Below are positions 51,176-64,000 of a DNA stretch of 64,000 bases, one piece after another. Position 1 is the first letter of the stretch; the number at the start of each line of letters is the position of its first letter. A program made the position numbers and the translations under genes. Under the pieces are notes generated by a model. It was not told the DNA's origin. It searched no databases and worked only from the letters and a program-made list of their open reading frames with translations. Origin of the DNA: Hydrolagus colliei (Eukaryota); NCBI GenBank assembly GCA_035084275.1, contig CM068751.1, forward strand, positions 5,022,001 through 5,086,000. The letters run 5' to 3'.

Positions 51176-52794
51176 TACATTAATATTTTATGCGTATAAA
51201 AATTGCACATAATTTAACATTTAATCTGGGCAGGATAAAGACTACATTGTCAGCAGAATTGCATATAGGATAGTGAAGGAAAGTGAATTAGGTGTTGGAC
51301 ATGTGCCATAATTAATAGAGATTTGCAGACAGAGACTTTACTTTTCAAAATTTTCCTTGGCTGCTTTAAATTTCATTCTTCCTGAATCTTCTGTTTCTGG
51401 AAGCAATAGACACTCCCAAAGTTATACATTTTTAAAAATGTGGTCTCCCAATCAGGTTCTCGCCAGGCTGGGACGACACAAAGCCTTCAAAGAGCTGGAG
51501 AATCGATATCATCAGACTGACATGATCTTGATTTCAAAGGTCACGACAGACTTCCAATCGCTCACATCATTCTTCATCATTAACATGGGCAGTGCAAACC
51601 CAATATGCTTCCAGAGTACGCTTACAAACCCAATGGAAGCTGGCCTTCGTGTCCTGCTACCCACTGGTGCGTATAATCAGCAAATTGCTACCCATCAAGA
51701 ACAGATCTGCTAATCTTACTCCATTACCCATCTCTAATCTTCCTTTGATGAAGTCGTTAGCAGAAATAATGGCGTTCTCTCAGAGGGTCCCAATGGTGCA
51801 GGCATTTAGAGCAACATTCAAACATAGCTCTAAGTTTTGCACCTCTCAATTCAACGTTGAGTTTAAAGTGCGTTTTATCTTGTTCCGAGTACAGTAGTTA
51901 GGAAGAAGTTTAGTGCAGTCCATCTGTTTCTAATAATATGTGAAAATGCCTACATTTAGTGAGCCAGATTAAACGGGGACTTTGAAACATGTTTGGGAAT
52001 TAAATCACCATTTTACAGGAAACAAACACTTTATAGTAGCTTCCAGGCCATTTCCATGCCTTCCCCAATTTGTCTATTTCTTTATTGCAACTGAATACCC
52101 ATGGGAACTTGTCACAAATTCCCTCACAAATGCCAACTTTAATTCTCCTAGAGTTAAGTCACGAGTAATCTGAACATGTGCAGAAGACAACCTTCTGAAA
52201 ATGACACTTAATGCTGTTACAATATAATATGAAATCCTGTTCAATATCCCTATTACACAGACTGCACAATTGGAAACAAAATAGTGTAAGTAGATGAGTT
52301 TGTCTTCAGAATTGCTATAAAATGGGATTGAAGTTTCTAAAAAATTGGAGATTTCAAAAGTGCAGACATGTTTTTCATACATATAGAGTGAAGTCCCTGA
52401 CACCGATAATAGGCTCTTGAAGATGAGACACCTCCCATAGCTATAAACCAGAGTTCAAAGAACATTTTTTGTGCTTAAGAGCTTCAATCGTTTCAGTTGG
52501 TGATTGCCAGGAAGCCAAAGCCATTGCTTAGGTTAGCCCAGACTGCGTACAAAGTGTTGAACGCGGAGATGAATATATGGCTTTTGCTGTCTGACTGAAA
52601 AAGAAGCAGACAAGGTCAGAAGGATAGTTCCTTCTGTAAAGAGGATCAATGTGGTTTCTGACTCATGATTTTCTCATTTTACTGTTCTTCCTCTCGGCTC
52701 TTTTGAATTCAGTTCATCTGAACTAAATGGTGTACAATTTAGACTGAGATAATGTGCCCAAAAGCTTTTTATTCAAATTAACACGTATGTTGGA

Positions 52795-52912
52795 ACCACA
52801 GAACTTTGCAACACAGAAGAAGATCATTTGGCCCATCATGTATTAAAGTGCTCTGAGACTCCGTCCAGCGAGAAGGGCACTATATAAATGCACGTTGTTG
52901 TTGTTATTGTTG
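52795..52912. mobile_element. CR1 tail (-) abutting an L2-type tail (+)
   Basis: cagaactttgcaacacagaagaagatcatttggcccatc, then aagtgctctgagac...aagggcactatataaatgcacg(ttg)n. Confidence 0.55.
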
Positions 52913-53907
52913 TCTGTGTAGGCTTATGAAAGAACGATTCCGTAACATTTCCCTGGCTTTCCCTTATGACAATGAGATACCTATCAGGTTTCCACTGCTG
53001 ATTGATTGTAAGTAAACCATGCTGGAACAATCCAGTGTGGGAGTGGACTGTGGACTGGGAAGTGCCAGTCTCTGCGATTCTCTGCAGTTGACATTGATAG
53101 TGCGCTGACATTGATAGTGGCCAACAATGGAGAAATGGAAGCTGAGTTACCCGAGCTTCTCTCATACACCTTCAATCAAACGAGTAGCAACAGGCTGCCT
53201 GCTCGCGAGGAAATGGTCTGCGAGCCAACAGGGCCCAGGCAGAGGAATGAAATCTCCCAGAGATTATTTTGCACAGACAGCAGATTCTGAGCCCAATGTC
53301 AAATCCTGAGCAATCTTGCTGAATTGATAATAGACAAAGACCCTCAGGAAAACATTAAGAATGATGTTTTTTTCCCCGCTTGCACTTTCTTGGCAAATGT
53401 AAGTCTTGTGCTCCTGTCTTTTGCTGGCATATCAAATCATGTTAGCATTCATTGAAGGAAGAATCATTACAGTGATTTAATACATCCCAACACCTCCCCT
53501 AATATCTGTATGACTGCACCACTGGAATAACAAATGAAAGGGAATTGCTTCTCGGTCATTTATCAACAGTCTACTGGGAAAGAGATGACTAACATGTTGC
53601 TCAAAGGATCATTTTAGCTGAAATAAAGCATTTTACAAGACACTTATCAAGCAGGGGAGATGCAAAGACATGGCCAATGATTTAATGAGATTGACGCAAT
53701 CAAATCTGCAGCTGCTGTGATTTTTAATCGCAGTTTTAATAAAACAAAATAAAAATTATATGGTTTCTATCTGCTCCTGCATTCAATTCCCCAGAGACCT
53801 ATGCCTTAGATGATAGTCAGTTTTAAGAGAGGCATGGGCTACTGATCCTCCAGGTCTGGGTGAAACCACACCAGCAAACTGACTCTGCCCCCCTTTGTAC
53901 CTTTCTG

Positions 53908-54879
53908 CCTCATCCCTCAACCCTCAACCCCCAGACCATCGATGTTCTGACAGCATGTCTGTCCGACATCGAGTCCTGGACGAGGGACAACTTCTTGCAA
54001 TTGAACGTGAGTAAGACCGAGGCCCTCCTGATTGGCTCAAGCCAGCGCCTCCGCACATCGGGCGCTGCCAGCCTCAACATCCAAGGCTGCACTCTCCACC
54101 TCACAAAGCCAATCAGGAACCTCGGCATCATGTTCGATCAAAAACTTTCCTTCCTCCTCCACAACCGTGCCTTGACCGGCACCACTTATTTCCACCTGCG
54201 AAACATTGCCTGGCTCCGCAACTATCTTACCCCCCACGCTGCCGAAACACTCGTGCACGCATACATCACCTCGAGGTTGGACTACGGAAACTCTCTCCTC
54301 GTCGGCCTCCCCAGTTCCTCCATTCACAGGCTGCAGGTCATCCAAAACTCTGCAGCCCGTGTATTATCCCGCACCCGCCTCCGCGACCATATAACCCCCA
54401 CCCTCGCCCGTCTCCATTGGCTCCCCATCCTCCAGAGGATCGAGTTCAAGATCCTCGTCCTCACCTACAAGGCCTTACACGGCCTTGCCCCGCCCTATTT
54501 AACCAATCTACTTTCCCCCTACAAGCCCACCCGGACCCTCCGTTCAACAGGACTTGGCCTGCTCCAAGCCCCCCGCCCGAACCGCCCCACCATCGAAGGC
54601 CGGGCCTTCAGTTTCTCCGCTCCCACCCTATGGAATGCCATCCCTCAATCCCTCCGTCTCGTTTCTTCCCCTTCCTCTTTCAAGGCCGGCTTGAAGACTT
54701 TCCTCTTCGATCGTGCCTTTTGTTCCACCCCAAACTTTTCGACCTCCACTTCGTGTCTCACCCCTTCCCAAACACTCCCCTCTCAGCTCGGGTCACACGC
54801 CTCCTGTGCAGCGCCTTGGGACGTCCTCCTGACGTGAAAGGCGCTCTATAAATGTAATGTGTTGTTGTTGTTGTTGTTT
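53908..54879 (+). mobile_element. Young 5'-truncated L2 LINE with uninterrupted ORF2 C-terminus
   Basis: CLSDIESW..NFLQLNVSKTE, RNLG, LVHAYITSRLDYGNSLL, LQVIQNSAAR, HITPTLARLHWLP..RIEFKIL, RAFSFSAP.LWN, FKAGLKTFLF; 3' stem-loop followed by (GTT)n. Confidence 0.95.
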
Positions 54880-55576
54880 GAGAGTCTTAACCCTTAGTGT
54901 GCTGCCAGGTGGACAGAGACAGCTGCCCCATGATCTCGATTCACGTTCTGCACATCAATAGCTTAGCCATGGATGGGAGGTGCCCACCCAATTGGCACCC
55001 AGGCCCACACATCACTCTTTGCTCTCCCTCGTATCGCCTATTTCAGCTCTCCACTCACTCTCCCTGTGGCCTCAGCATTGAGACCGATAGGCAGCGAAAC
55101 AGAGCAGGAGATATGGTACAACGTCATAGCTCGTAAGCGTTACTCCACCACACGTTGGTGCCCACCTAAACTACCATTCCAAGCACCCTCACTGCTGCAC
55201 ATTATCAGTTCACGTGCTATGATGTCTAAAGACCATCATTAATATCATAGCACTGAAGTTATTCAAACATCAGGACTAGAAAGGAAAGATTTGGCTGTGT
55301 TCACATGGCTTGTAGATGCTGAAATTTGAGTACCACTCTCTCTCTGCTTTCAATGGGGCTTATTTAATGCTGTTCTGGCTCTGTCTACAGTTGTGCTGGT
55401 TACACATGTTTGGGTTCTCGGACCAGCCTAGCAAGCACATATACCTGATGATGTTCTATACGCAGTCACTCTCATTACACAAGTGCACATTGCCCAGTCA
55501 GGGCCTGCACATTTTGCAAAATAACTCATAATAGCGAGAGCATAGCCTTCAGCCATCTTTTTTCTTCCCCTGCAAA

Positions 55577-55876
55577 TGGCGTCCAGTAACATAGTGATTA
55601 GAGCACTTGCCTTGCACTTGCCTTGTCCTGGGCTCAATTCTAGGCTGGGCGATACCTTGGGTAAATTTCCTTACTCCACAAGCCTAATAATAACCCCTTA
55701 AAAATATACGATAATAAATTGGTCATTTTAAATCCATGACTGTATGTGGGACACTGCTGCCGCATTTTGCCCACAAATATACAGTTAATTCACTCTACAG
55801 TATATTCTTTGAAGCGCTTTGAGACGTCTAGAAGACATGAAAAGCGCTGTATCAGACGCAAGGATTATCATTATTA
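55577..55876 (+). mobile_element. Young SINE, full length with diverged head
   Basis: Colinear with 2451-2777, with a small deletion in the body. Confidence 0.88.
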
Positions 55877-56324
55877 CTTACTGGGGGGTCTGAAGTGAAG
55901 ACACTGGGTATAAATCATTCATTCACACAGGCAGTTTGTGTAGTCGCGTGTAAATGCAACAGTGTCGTCGCATTCAAATACAGGTGTCAGGACAGATTTT
56001 CAGCAGCTGCGGAGAGAGAGGCCGCACTGCGGCTCGTTGGCGGGTGTGGTTGCCACTGCTTGACATGGTGGCGAAGTGCCAAGCACAAGAGCGGTATAAA
56101 GCAAGGAGGTAATCTGAGCATCTGGGTGAGTGAGTCTATCGACATTGTAACAAACACAAAGGACCGTTTTCTTAAAAAAAAAACCCAGCCCATAAAGCCG
56201 TCTAAAACTTTATAAAATGGTCTGCCTTCTCTTCACTCTTGCTTTTAATGTAATCCAGGTGCACCCATTTTGATTATCCAGAATGCCCTGGATGGAAATA
56301 AGTCACAGTCCTTGGTGTTGTGGT

Positions 56325-56560
56325 GGGGGGCACTCGACAGTCCGAAGGTTCGATAGTCCGAACACAAAATTTCCTATACCCGGGGCGGTTACCGTGGTTA
56401 CCGCTCGATAGTCCGAAAATAAGGTTCGTTAATCCGAACATTTGGTGCGATAGTCTGAAGGTTCATTAGTCCAAATGTTAGGGTTACGGGTAGGGTTAGG
56501 GGAAGCTTCGGACTAACGAACCTTCGGACTAACGAACCTTCGGACGATCGAGCTGTAACC
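56325..56560. mobile_element. Non-autonomous DNA element with 8-bp TSD (MULE/Merlin-like, unassigned)
   Basis: TSD gttgtggt at 56317-56324 and 56561-56568. Imperfect TIRs GG(N6)ctcga..gtccgaagg. Tandem ~15-bp subterminal repeats and a central ttagggtta-like tract. Confidence 0.75.
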
Positions 56561-58396
56561 GTTGTGGTACATGAGAACTGAAGCAGTGCAAACCAGCGAT
56601 TTATCATTCTCTGCACACCTTCGCCAATCGATTCTTATGTCCCACTCCCCTCCATTGCTCTCTGTCTCTCTCTTTTTCTCTCTCACCCCGTCATAGACAT
56701 CTACGGGCAGACTTGTGTGGTCTCTTTGATGAATTCCTATAAATATCTTGTGTGCAATGCAATGCGCTCGGTTCTTCAGCACTTGCCCATATGTGCTTAA
56801 CCGTAGATGGGAATGGGTAAATATTTGATTAACAAGATGCAGCTTAGGTATTTATATTCACAGGGGAAACTGCTTTACAGTTGTCAAAGATGCAAAGGCA
56901 AGTGTAGTGTATTATAAAGAGAAGAAACTTTAGCAAACTATTCTTTCTTTGATTAAAATCAGTTTCTTGAGTCATCTGTTAAATATGGCTCTGGTTACAT
57001 TGTGGTTCCTGCCTAAATAAACATAATATGTAAGAGGTCATTTAGCTTTGCATCATTTCACAAATAAGAGTTGATTGTCTTGTCCTGTGAATTTCCACGA
57101 GTCCGTTGTTCAATGATGGCTCCGACATATTATGCAGTGATATGACAGTACAGCCAAGGTTTACATTGTAAAATGCTAGCACTCAGCGAGGCATAAAAGT
57201 GTCCGTGGTTTACGACTTTAATTTATTATTTGAGAAACATTGTAAAATTAATGAGGAATGTTAAACTAAAAGCATTTTGCTTTGAGAACTGTATTATCAA
57301 TTTGTAAACTTGGTTGACAACTGTCTGATTCCATATTTGGTGCAGTTCTGTTGAAAAATGCGTGCAATATCTGCAGTTGATTGAATCCACTCCCCATGAA
57401 ATGCCTCAATTGCTGATTTTAGAGACAGCATGGAAACATTTTTCCAAGTATACAGAGTGCAATTTCGATCGAAAGTGCCATTTTCTTCAAAACTCCAATA
57501 ACAATTATAACGACAGAGATTTATAACATCTGATGTATGTTCACATGGGAATCAGAATTGTATTTAGATCCTAACCACTAATATATTGTAGGCACACAGT
57601 GCTTCTCGCTCACGAAGGAATTCAATGCAAGCATACCATTTGGCACATATCTAGGGGATAAAACAATATTAATCATTTGGGAATGGGACTATAGAATACA
57701 TGCACTGGATCCAGTAGCAAAGAATCGCACGTATCCTGGAAACAGTTCCTTCAGGTGCTGCTCAGAGCAAAGCTCCAATAGTATTCCCGCTGTTTTAGCC
57801 GAGTATAAATGTATCATGAATACTGATTGAAAATTGTTGATTTAAGAATTACATCAATTTGCCTTAAAATGAGTCTGCTGTTTGTTTGGGTATTGAGACA
57901 GATAACAGGATTTACAGCATCCAATCTTGGATTATGTCTCAGGCACAAAAAGCACTAGCTTTGATTTCAATTCTATCGCTTCAGGTGCCTGCTTTGTGCT
58001 GTAAACTACAGAACAGATTTTAAAAATGTCCTCCAGAGCAGAAAGGTTTACTCTTTGTTTTGTTGCAGATAAAATGTAAGCTTTCCTTCCTATGATTTTT
58101 CTTTGAAACGACACAATTCGAAAATCCGACAGGTATTATATGAAAAAAAGCCTGGATTGAGCTAGAAACAGGTTTACGTTCAATCAAACATTGGTTTTCA
58201 GTCAGTTTTCAGAGCTGCTATTTGCCAGAGAGCTACAATATAGCCAGACAATCAGCAGCTCCATAACCAGCACTGCAAACCGCTACATTTTTAGCGCATG
58301 TTGATTTGCTTGTTTACTTGTTGACCTAATTCTCAATCTAGCTGTCAAACAGTTGGCATTCTGTGAGTGGCTGACATTCACTTTCTTCCTAATGTG

Positions 58397-58502
58397 TTGC
58401 CCACAAAATATACAGTCAATTCATTTTACAGTATTCTGTGAAGCGCTTTGAGGTGTCTCAGTGATATGATGAGGCGTTATGTCTAATACAAAAAGTATTA
58501 TT
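58397..58502 (+). mobile_element. SINE 3' fragment (variant tail)
   Basis: ttgcccacaaaatatacagtcaattc...gaagcgctttgaggtgtctc. Confidence 0.75.
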
Positions 58503-59325
58503 GAGGCTTATGTTATTATTTCGCCAGGTACAGAATACAATTAAAAGTTAATTCATGTTTTGAATATCACCCTACAAAAAAGTTTGTCAATCAAGCTACT
58601 GACATTTTATTACACAAAAAATGTTTTTGCTTTTGCTTAGAAATATAAAATAAATGATATATTTCTATCTGCCCAGTTTGATGCATATATGGTTCTAATC
58701 ATTGGTTTGTGATAAAGATTTTCTTTTAATTCACCAGGTGTTAGTCCTAGCATCCTTCACGACGACTCTCTGTGGTTGTTGTTGCTCAGGTTCTTTTTAA
58801 AAAAAACTTCAGATGCGCACATCTAAAGATGCAAATTTTCACTAATCGCAAATGAATAGTTCACAGATTCCTAACTGGCCATAGAAAACTGATGAGACCA
58901 ACATTTTCAATAATACTGAGACCATAGCTTCATTAGTCCTCACTAGCACCGCTGCAGGGAGAGGTAATTATGCTTAGAGGAAAATCAAATGAATATTCAG
59001 CACTTTGAAAAACTTCTCCACCCACCTTGTAATACCATTGTGGCTGACACATATTTACAGAAGGTCTGTATTTTTCATCATCCTTGACACTGGTACAAAG
59101 CTGGTGTGAAGTTAAATGCAGTGTTGCTTGATTGATTATAACTATTATTTTGTTCTGACAGAGCACTGGACAGTGTTAGACACAACACATAAAAGATGTA
59201 AATGTAGCTGGCATTCCCTTCAGGATTTGTGGCACCCAGCCTGGCACCAAGAGTGATTGTAAAATACAGTAGAAGGAACTCTTGTCATTTCAGAAAGGGG
59301 ACCACTCTTAAAATAATTTAATAAT

Positions 59326-59455
59326 TGTGCAATTGGCTGCCGCGTTTCACCCATAAATATGAGTCAATTCACTTTACAGGAACTACTGTGAAGCTCTTTG
59401 AGACATTTAGAAGATGTGAAATGCGCTATATCAAATGCAAGGATTATTATTATTC
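59326..59455 (+). mobile_element. SINE 3' fragment
   Basis: aattggctgccgcgtttc...tatcaaatgcaaggattattattatt. Confidence 0.85.
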
Positions 59456-60871
59456 TAATGAGTAATGTTTGGACATTATATCTGATGCCATTACTATATC
59501 AAGAACCAACTACTGTATTTAAACATACATTACAAATAGCAGCTGAGAGTCTGGGATACACTGCAGAGCATCCTCAAGACCTAGATATGAACTCTAGACA
59601 CCACTGATATTTGAACTTCTCACTGCCCAAAGGATAGCTTGAGAAGAGGACATTTTGTCAGAACATTGAACAAATAACAAGCAGCATTGACAGCAGCTGT
59701 AGGGAGTTACCACAACACCAACTCTCCTGAGAAAAAGAAAGAAAATGCAAAAGCCTGCAGAGAAGTGTAGACAGAGGAGCAAGTGTTTCGAAAATGGAAA
59801 TGCATTAAATAAAAATAATGCACACCCTGCTTTCTGTGCAATGGTCTTTGTCAAAGGAGTACGATGATCATTTCAAAAAATGTTCAATTTTGTGGCACAA
59901 CAGAACAGAGAAAATTGTGTTACATGCATTAAATATTACTTGCGCTCATAGCTTTTTTTTGACCATACAGAAAATATTTTAATATTTAGTCATAGGTTTT
60001 TGTTCTGCCCCACAGAGAGTATCACTTGCAATTGAGTATTTAGTGGTTTAGATGTACAATCCTTCATTGTTTCCAAAATGCCAAGAAGTTAGCCTGATGA
60101 ACCACTGTACAGGACAAGGGCCATTAAGATTGAGCCTCAAAGGTCCCTGGAATGCTGTTCATGGTAACGTGTGGAATTAAGTTTTGATTGAAATCTCCTC
60201 TCGTCAGCTGAGAGCAATTAATTGACTCACAGATGCTTAATTTCCTAAGTGCTATTCACATCACAAACCTGAATTTCGTAAGCCACCATAACCTCCCCTA
60301 CCACCAATCCCCCCCCCCCAAGGAAACACAATCTCACAGAACCAATCTTGCACATCAGCAGAACTGGTCTCGCAGGTCTGTAAATTTTTACTGAAGTCTG
60401 TGGACTTTTCTGCCTGTAATTGGTAGTGATAGCACCTGGAGAGGAAATGTCCCCTACAGTTTGATCGGTTAAAGTTTATGGAGTGCTTGTTAATTGCTTG
60501 TTCAAGTCTCCAGTGCACATCACAATCCTTTGATTTGGCAATATTACAGTAGATTAATTGGTTTTAGTCAGTGTTGCTTGATCCACTTCTTCCTGTGGAC
60601 TTCACTTGCTTTTCTCCCATTTATTGTCCTAGTTCCAACTGGATTAAGCAGAGCCTATTCTGCCTACAGTTCTGAACGAGTGACATCCTATTGAGAGGGA
60701 GAAAGCACCATGAGAAGGCATAGGATGTGTACATATGGGACTGTGAATGAAAGAAGTTTCTACATGTTTAATTTTCAGCAAACAAATAGAAATCAAACTT
60801 ACGCCGTATTCTTATATTTACACTCATCCAATTATATTCAAGTTTCATTATTATTGCATATTGAAACTTGA

Positions 60872-60940
60872 TTTACAGTATATTCTGTGAAGCGCTAGAA
60901 GACGTGAAAAGTGCTATATCAAACGCAAGACTTATTATTA
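60872..60940 (+). mobile_element. SINE 3' tail fragment
   Basis: ttacagtatattctgtgaagcgctagaagacgtgaaaagtgctatatcaaacgcaag. Confidence 0.8.
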
Positions 60941-61249
60941 TAAGTCACTATTTTCTCGTGCTATCTTAAGTGCCATGTTAAAGTAAACAACAAGACCCTA
61001 GGTCTAAATTTATTGGGTTCAACAATAGTTTATTATAGATGATCAAAAACACTATTTATATCACTGGTTCCTACAGGCGGCATAAACATCCACAGGCATC
61101 ACATCCAAGTGATATATGATGCTAGACAGTGAGTCCTGGCAAGGCTATTTGACCATTATACTCGATTTCTGATATTGCCCTTGTTCACACAACGAATTCG
61201 CTCTCTGGTAAGGGTCACTATGTAAGAATTAGGAGTCTTACCCGACTTT

Positions 61250-61559
61250 GTGGAGACCTATAGCTCAGTGGTTAGAGCACTCTCATTACAAGCGTGAGAC
61301 CTGTGTTCGAATCCAGGCAGGTCAGGGCGAAACCTTGGGCAAGTTTCCTTACTTCACGCGCCTAATAACAATCCCTCCCAAAAAAACACAATGATAAAGT
61401 TGGTCATTTCAGTCCACGATTGTTTGTGGGACGCTGCTGTGAGCAACTGGCTGCCGCGTTGCGCCCACAAATATACAGTCAATTCACTTTACAGTATATT
61501 TTGAGACTTCTAGAATATGTGAAAAGCGCTTTAAGAAATGCAAGGATTATTATTATTAT
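61250..61559 (+). mobile_element. Young tRNA-derived SINE, full length
   Basis: Intact A and B boxes; colinear with 2451-2777. Confidence 0.92.
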
Positions 61560-63434
61560 ATCTTTCTGCAGCCCAGGGGTGCTAAGAACAATTAGTTCGC
61601 CCTTCTGATAATAGTTATAATTTTATTTAATGTGAAATGAAGCAAATGTATTGAGCCCACTCTTTCCACTCTACCATGTACAATTAACAGTCACGTTTCT
61701 AATCCACTACTGTTATGAACGCCAATTTAAAACAATAAATACCGAGACCTTCATTTGACGCCATACTCCATATTAATGAAGTTGCCATTGCAAACTGGAA
61801 CATCTAAGCATTTAAAACAAACAGTGGCACCCATCCTCATTAGGAAATGGTTTTCAACAACAATTACATTCAGATGGGGTCCTTCACGGAAAAGAACATA
61901 GTTTCCAAAAAAGAATGCAAAATACCTGTGATGCGATGGATACCATCACTGAGAGATTAGTAACTGAAATGGTTTAATATTGTGCACTTGCTCAATCGTC
62001 ACTGTATCATAGATCTGCCGCAGGCTAACATGTGACCCAGCTACAGCTGCTTTAATAGTCTCTGGAGGCCTGAGGAGTTCATAACAGTTCTGGTGTTTTT
62101 TTCGATTTTGAAAGAACACAGTTTGAATGGCAAAAATTGTTCTAATTATTTTATGCTTACGCCACGCGCTTGTAAAGCTCACAGCATGTTTCCGTGCTCG
62201 TTCGTACCGTACAGATCTCAAGCAGGGTCACAAAAGCCATCAAAACATGATGGAAATGAGAGCTGAACCGAAGCGATTCAAATGAGGCCATTGTACGCCT
62301 ACTCTCGAAGACCATAATTTGGCTCGTTTTGAGCACGGTTCTTTCCAAGAAAAACAAATGCTGTTCTTTTGCAAACATGAATAGCACCGTTTTCCACAGT
62401 CATCAAGTGAGCTGGCAGGAAGGAAGATGCACACAGCTCTAACATTTCATGGGGGAATGAAGCCCTGCAATCCTACGGTTTGCTTACTAACATGAACACA
62501 ATGAGCTAATTGTGTTAGAGCCCTTCACTGCATCCCTTGTGCAAAACAGTATTTGAACACAAATGATGTATGCTTTTACTCTCTTTCCCCAAAGCAACAA
62601 GCAGAAACGTCTCTCACTTTTCATGAAAGTCATGCAGCTTTAATTACTGGTGATGTTTTGTTTAGCAAGTATTTGACCTTGATGATTGGGGATGGGGAGA
62701 AATGTATTGTCTGTTACGTGAAAGGGCCCGTGGAATAGATCTTATCCAATGCTTTTGTTGGAGAATGAACGACAAACACGATCTTCATTGAAACAAAAAG
62801 TCTGAAATTAATGTTGTTTGACCAGCAGAACACGTGTTTGTTGTTAGGGACTTGAGATTAATATCTCTATCCTCGCCTGCAGCCATTTTGCATGTGCACA
62901 ATCCTACTCCGTCAAACAAGGCTCTTGCCTGTTGGGTGACCTATCATTCTTATGCTTATCTCCACAAAGCAATTACCACACACTGATTTATTTATTCGAC
63001 ATTTATGATGCATTCTTTTCATTTTGCAATCGGGCTGCTTCATATTATTGTAATGTTGTGGGTTCTGTCTTTTGTTTAAAAACAAAGGCACAAGGCAGAT
63101 CCACGCAACTGGGTAAATCTGGAGTGAAGTTATTGAATAGCTGCCAGTTCCAATTTGCGGTGACTTCATTCTCGATACATCTCCCAACTCTCGTGGGAAC
63201 TCGCTGGTGCTGCCATGCACATGGCCTGCGCTTGCACCACAAAAACTTTATACACCATGGAGTTGGATTTGCAATGTGTGTACATATGTGGGTATCATGT
63301 AGCAATTCCATTTAAGAAATCTTTGTCTCAAATAGCTACACTGTCTCCCAAAATGTCTATTGCCACTGGGGTAAAGGCATTAATTGTGCTGTTAGTTGAA
63401 TCAGTTTAGAGATTAGTTTGAGAACCCTATTTGA

Positions 63435-63590
63435 CCCCAATGCTCTTGCGGTATGAAGGGGAAAATCAGCCAGGGTTGCTACTCTTGATTTCTATCTATT
63501 GATGCCCGTGCATGGAAAATGCAAATGTGTGGAAATCTGACCAGGATAGGGCTGAGTTCAACTAAGCACCTTTTGGGACAGATCGTCATC
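63435..63590 (+). mobile_element. Old SINE body (AmnSINE2-like, tentative)
   Basis: ggggaaaatcagccagggttgctactcttgat...ggaaaatgcaaatgtgtgga resembles a recalled ancient vertebrate SINE core. Confidence 0.45.
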
Positions 63591-64000
63591 TTCTATCCAC
63601 TGGTAGTATTCAATATTTCAAACTTAAAAATGGTACAAGTTTGCCAAGAAATATAGGCATTAAAAGTGTAGGCAACACTAGGATTGGAAAAATGGTGATT
63701 GTGGAGACCATGGGTACTATTAGCAGCACCACACTCTTTCACTCTCTAATGCTGCACATAATGTATTTCAAAGTGAATCACTTGCCACAAGCAAGTTGTG
63801 GAATAGACAGACTGCATTTCATTAGGCAAAATGCCACAAGCTTTGTGGCCTGTCTGCCAGTCGATGTAGTCAAATATAACAAAAACACACATCATTTAAC
63901 ATTTTGTTCTTAGTGACTGTATAATTAAAGCTTCTCTATTGTTTTCCATATATAATTGTGCTTCTTATAATGAATATTTTCAGTGCTCTAAAGGATGTGG

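Noticed and set aside
54417-54851. 144-aa alternative-frame ORF
   Set aside because: Shadow frame of the C-rich L2 ORF2.
56336-56545. CRISPR-like repeat array
   Set aside because: Repeats are ~15 bp, abutting and inverted, with no unique spacers and no cas genes, in a eukaryotic context.
1-64000. Known miRNA genes or host protein-coding exons
   Set aside because: By-eye scanning found no mature miRNA I recognise and no ORF resembling a host protein; small exons could have been missed.

Overview
Eukaryotic, AT-rich, non-coding DNA: a large intron or gene desert. The repeat families point to a cartilaginous fish, possibly a chimaera (inference). I found no host protein-coding exon, rRNA, real tRNA or CRISPR array. 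The recognisable content is transposable elements: about 18 copies or fragments of a young tRNA-derived SINE with an L2-type tail, and L2 LINE 3' fragments, one with an uninterrupted ~300-codon ORF2 C-terminus. There are also CR1 3' ends, a decayed RTE-like reverse transcriptase, two diverged fossils of a probable REL-endonuclease (R2-group) LINE, older SINE remnants and three TSD-flanked MITEs. The most notable items are a TSD-flanked Penelope-like inverted repeat carrying a minimal hammerhead ribozyme, four cases of L2-tailed elements inserted into other retroelements, and a covarying 3' stem-loop shared by the SINE and L2. Candidate exons and CNE-like blocks are reported at low confidence. 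Family names come from recalled motifs, not database searches. I see no convincing wholly new biological system.
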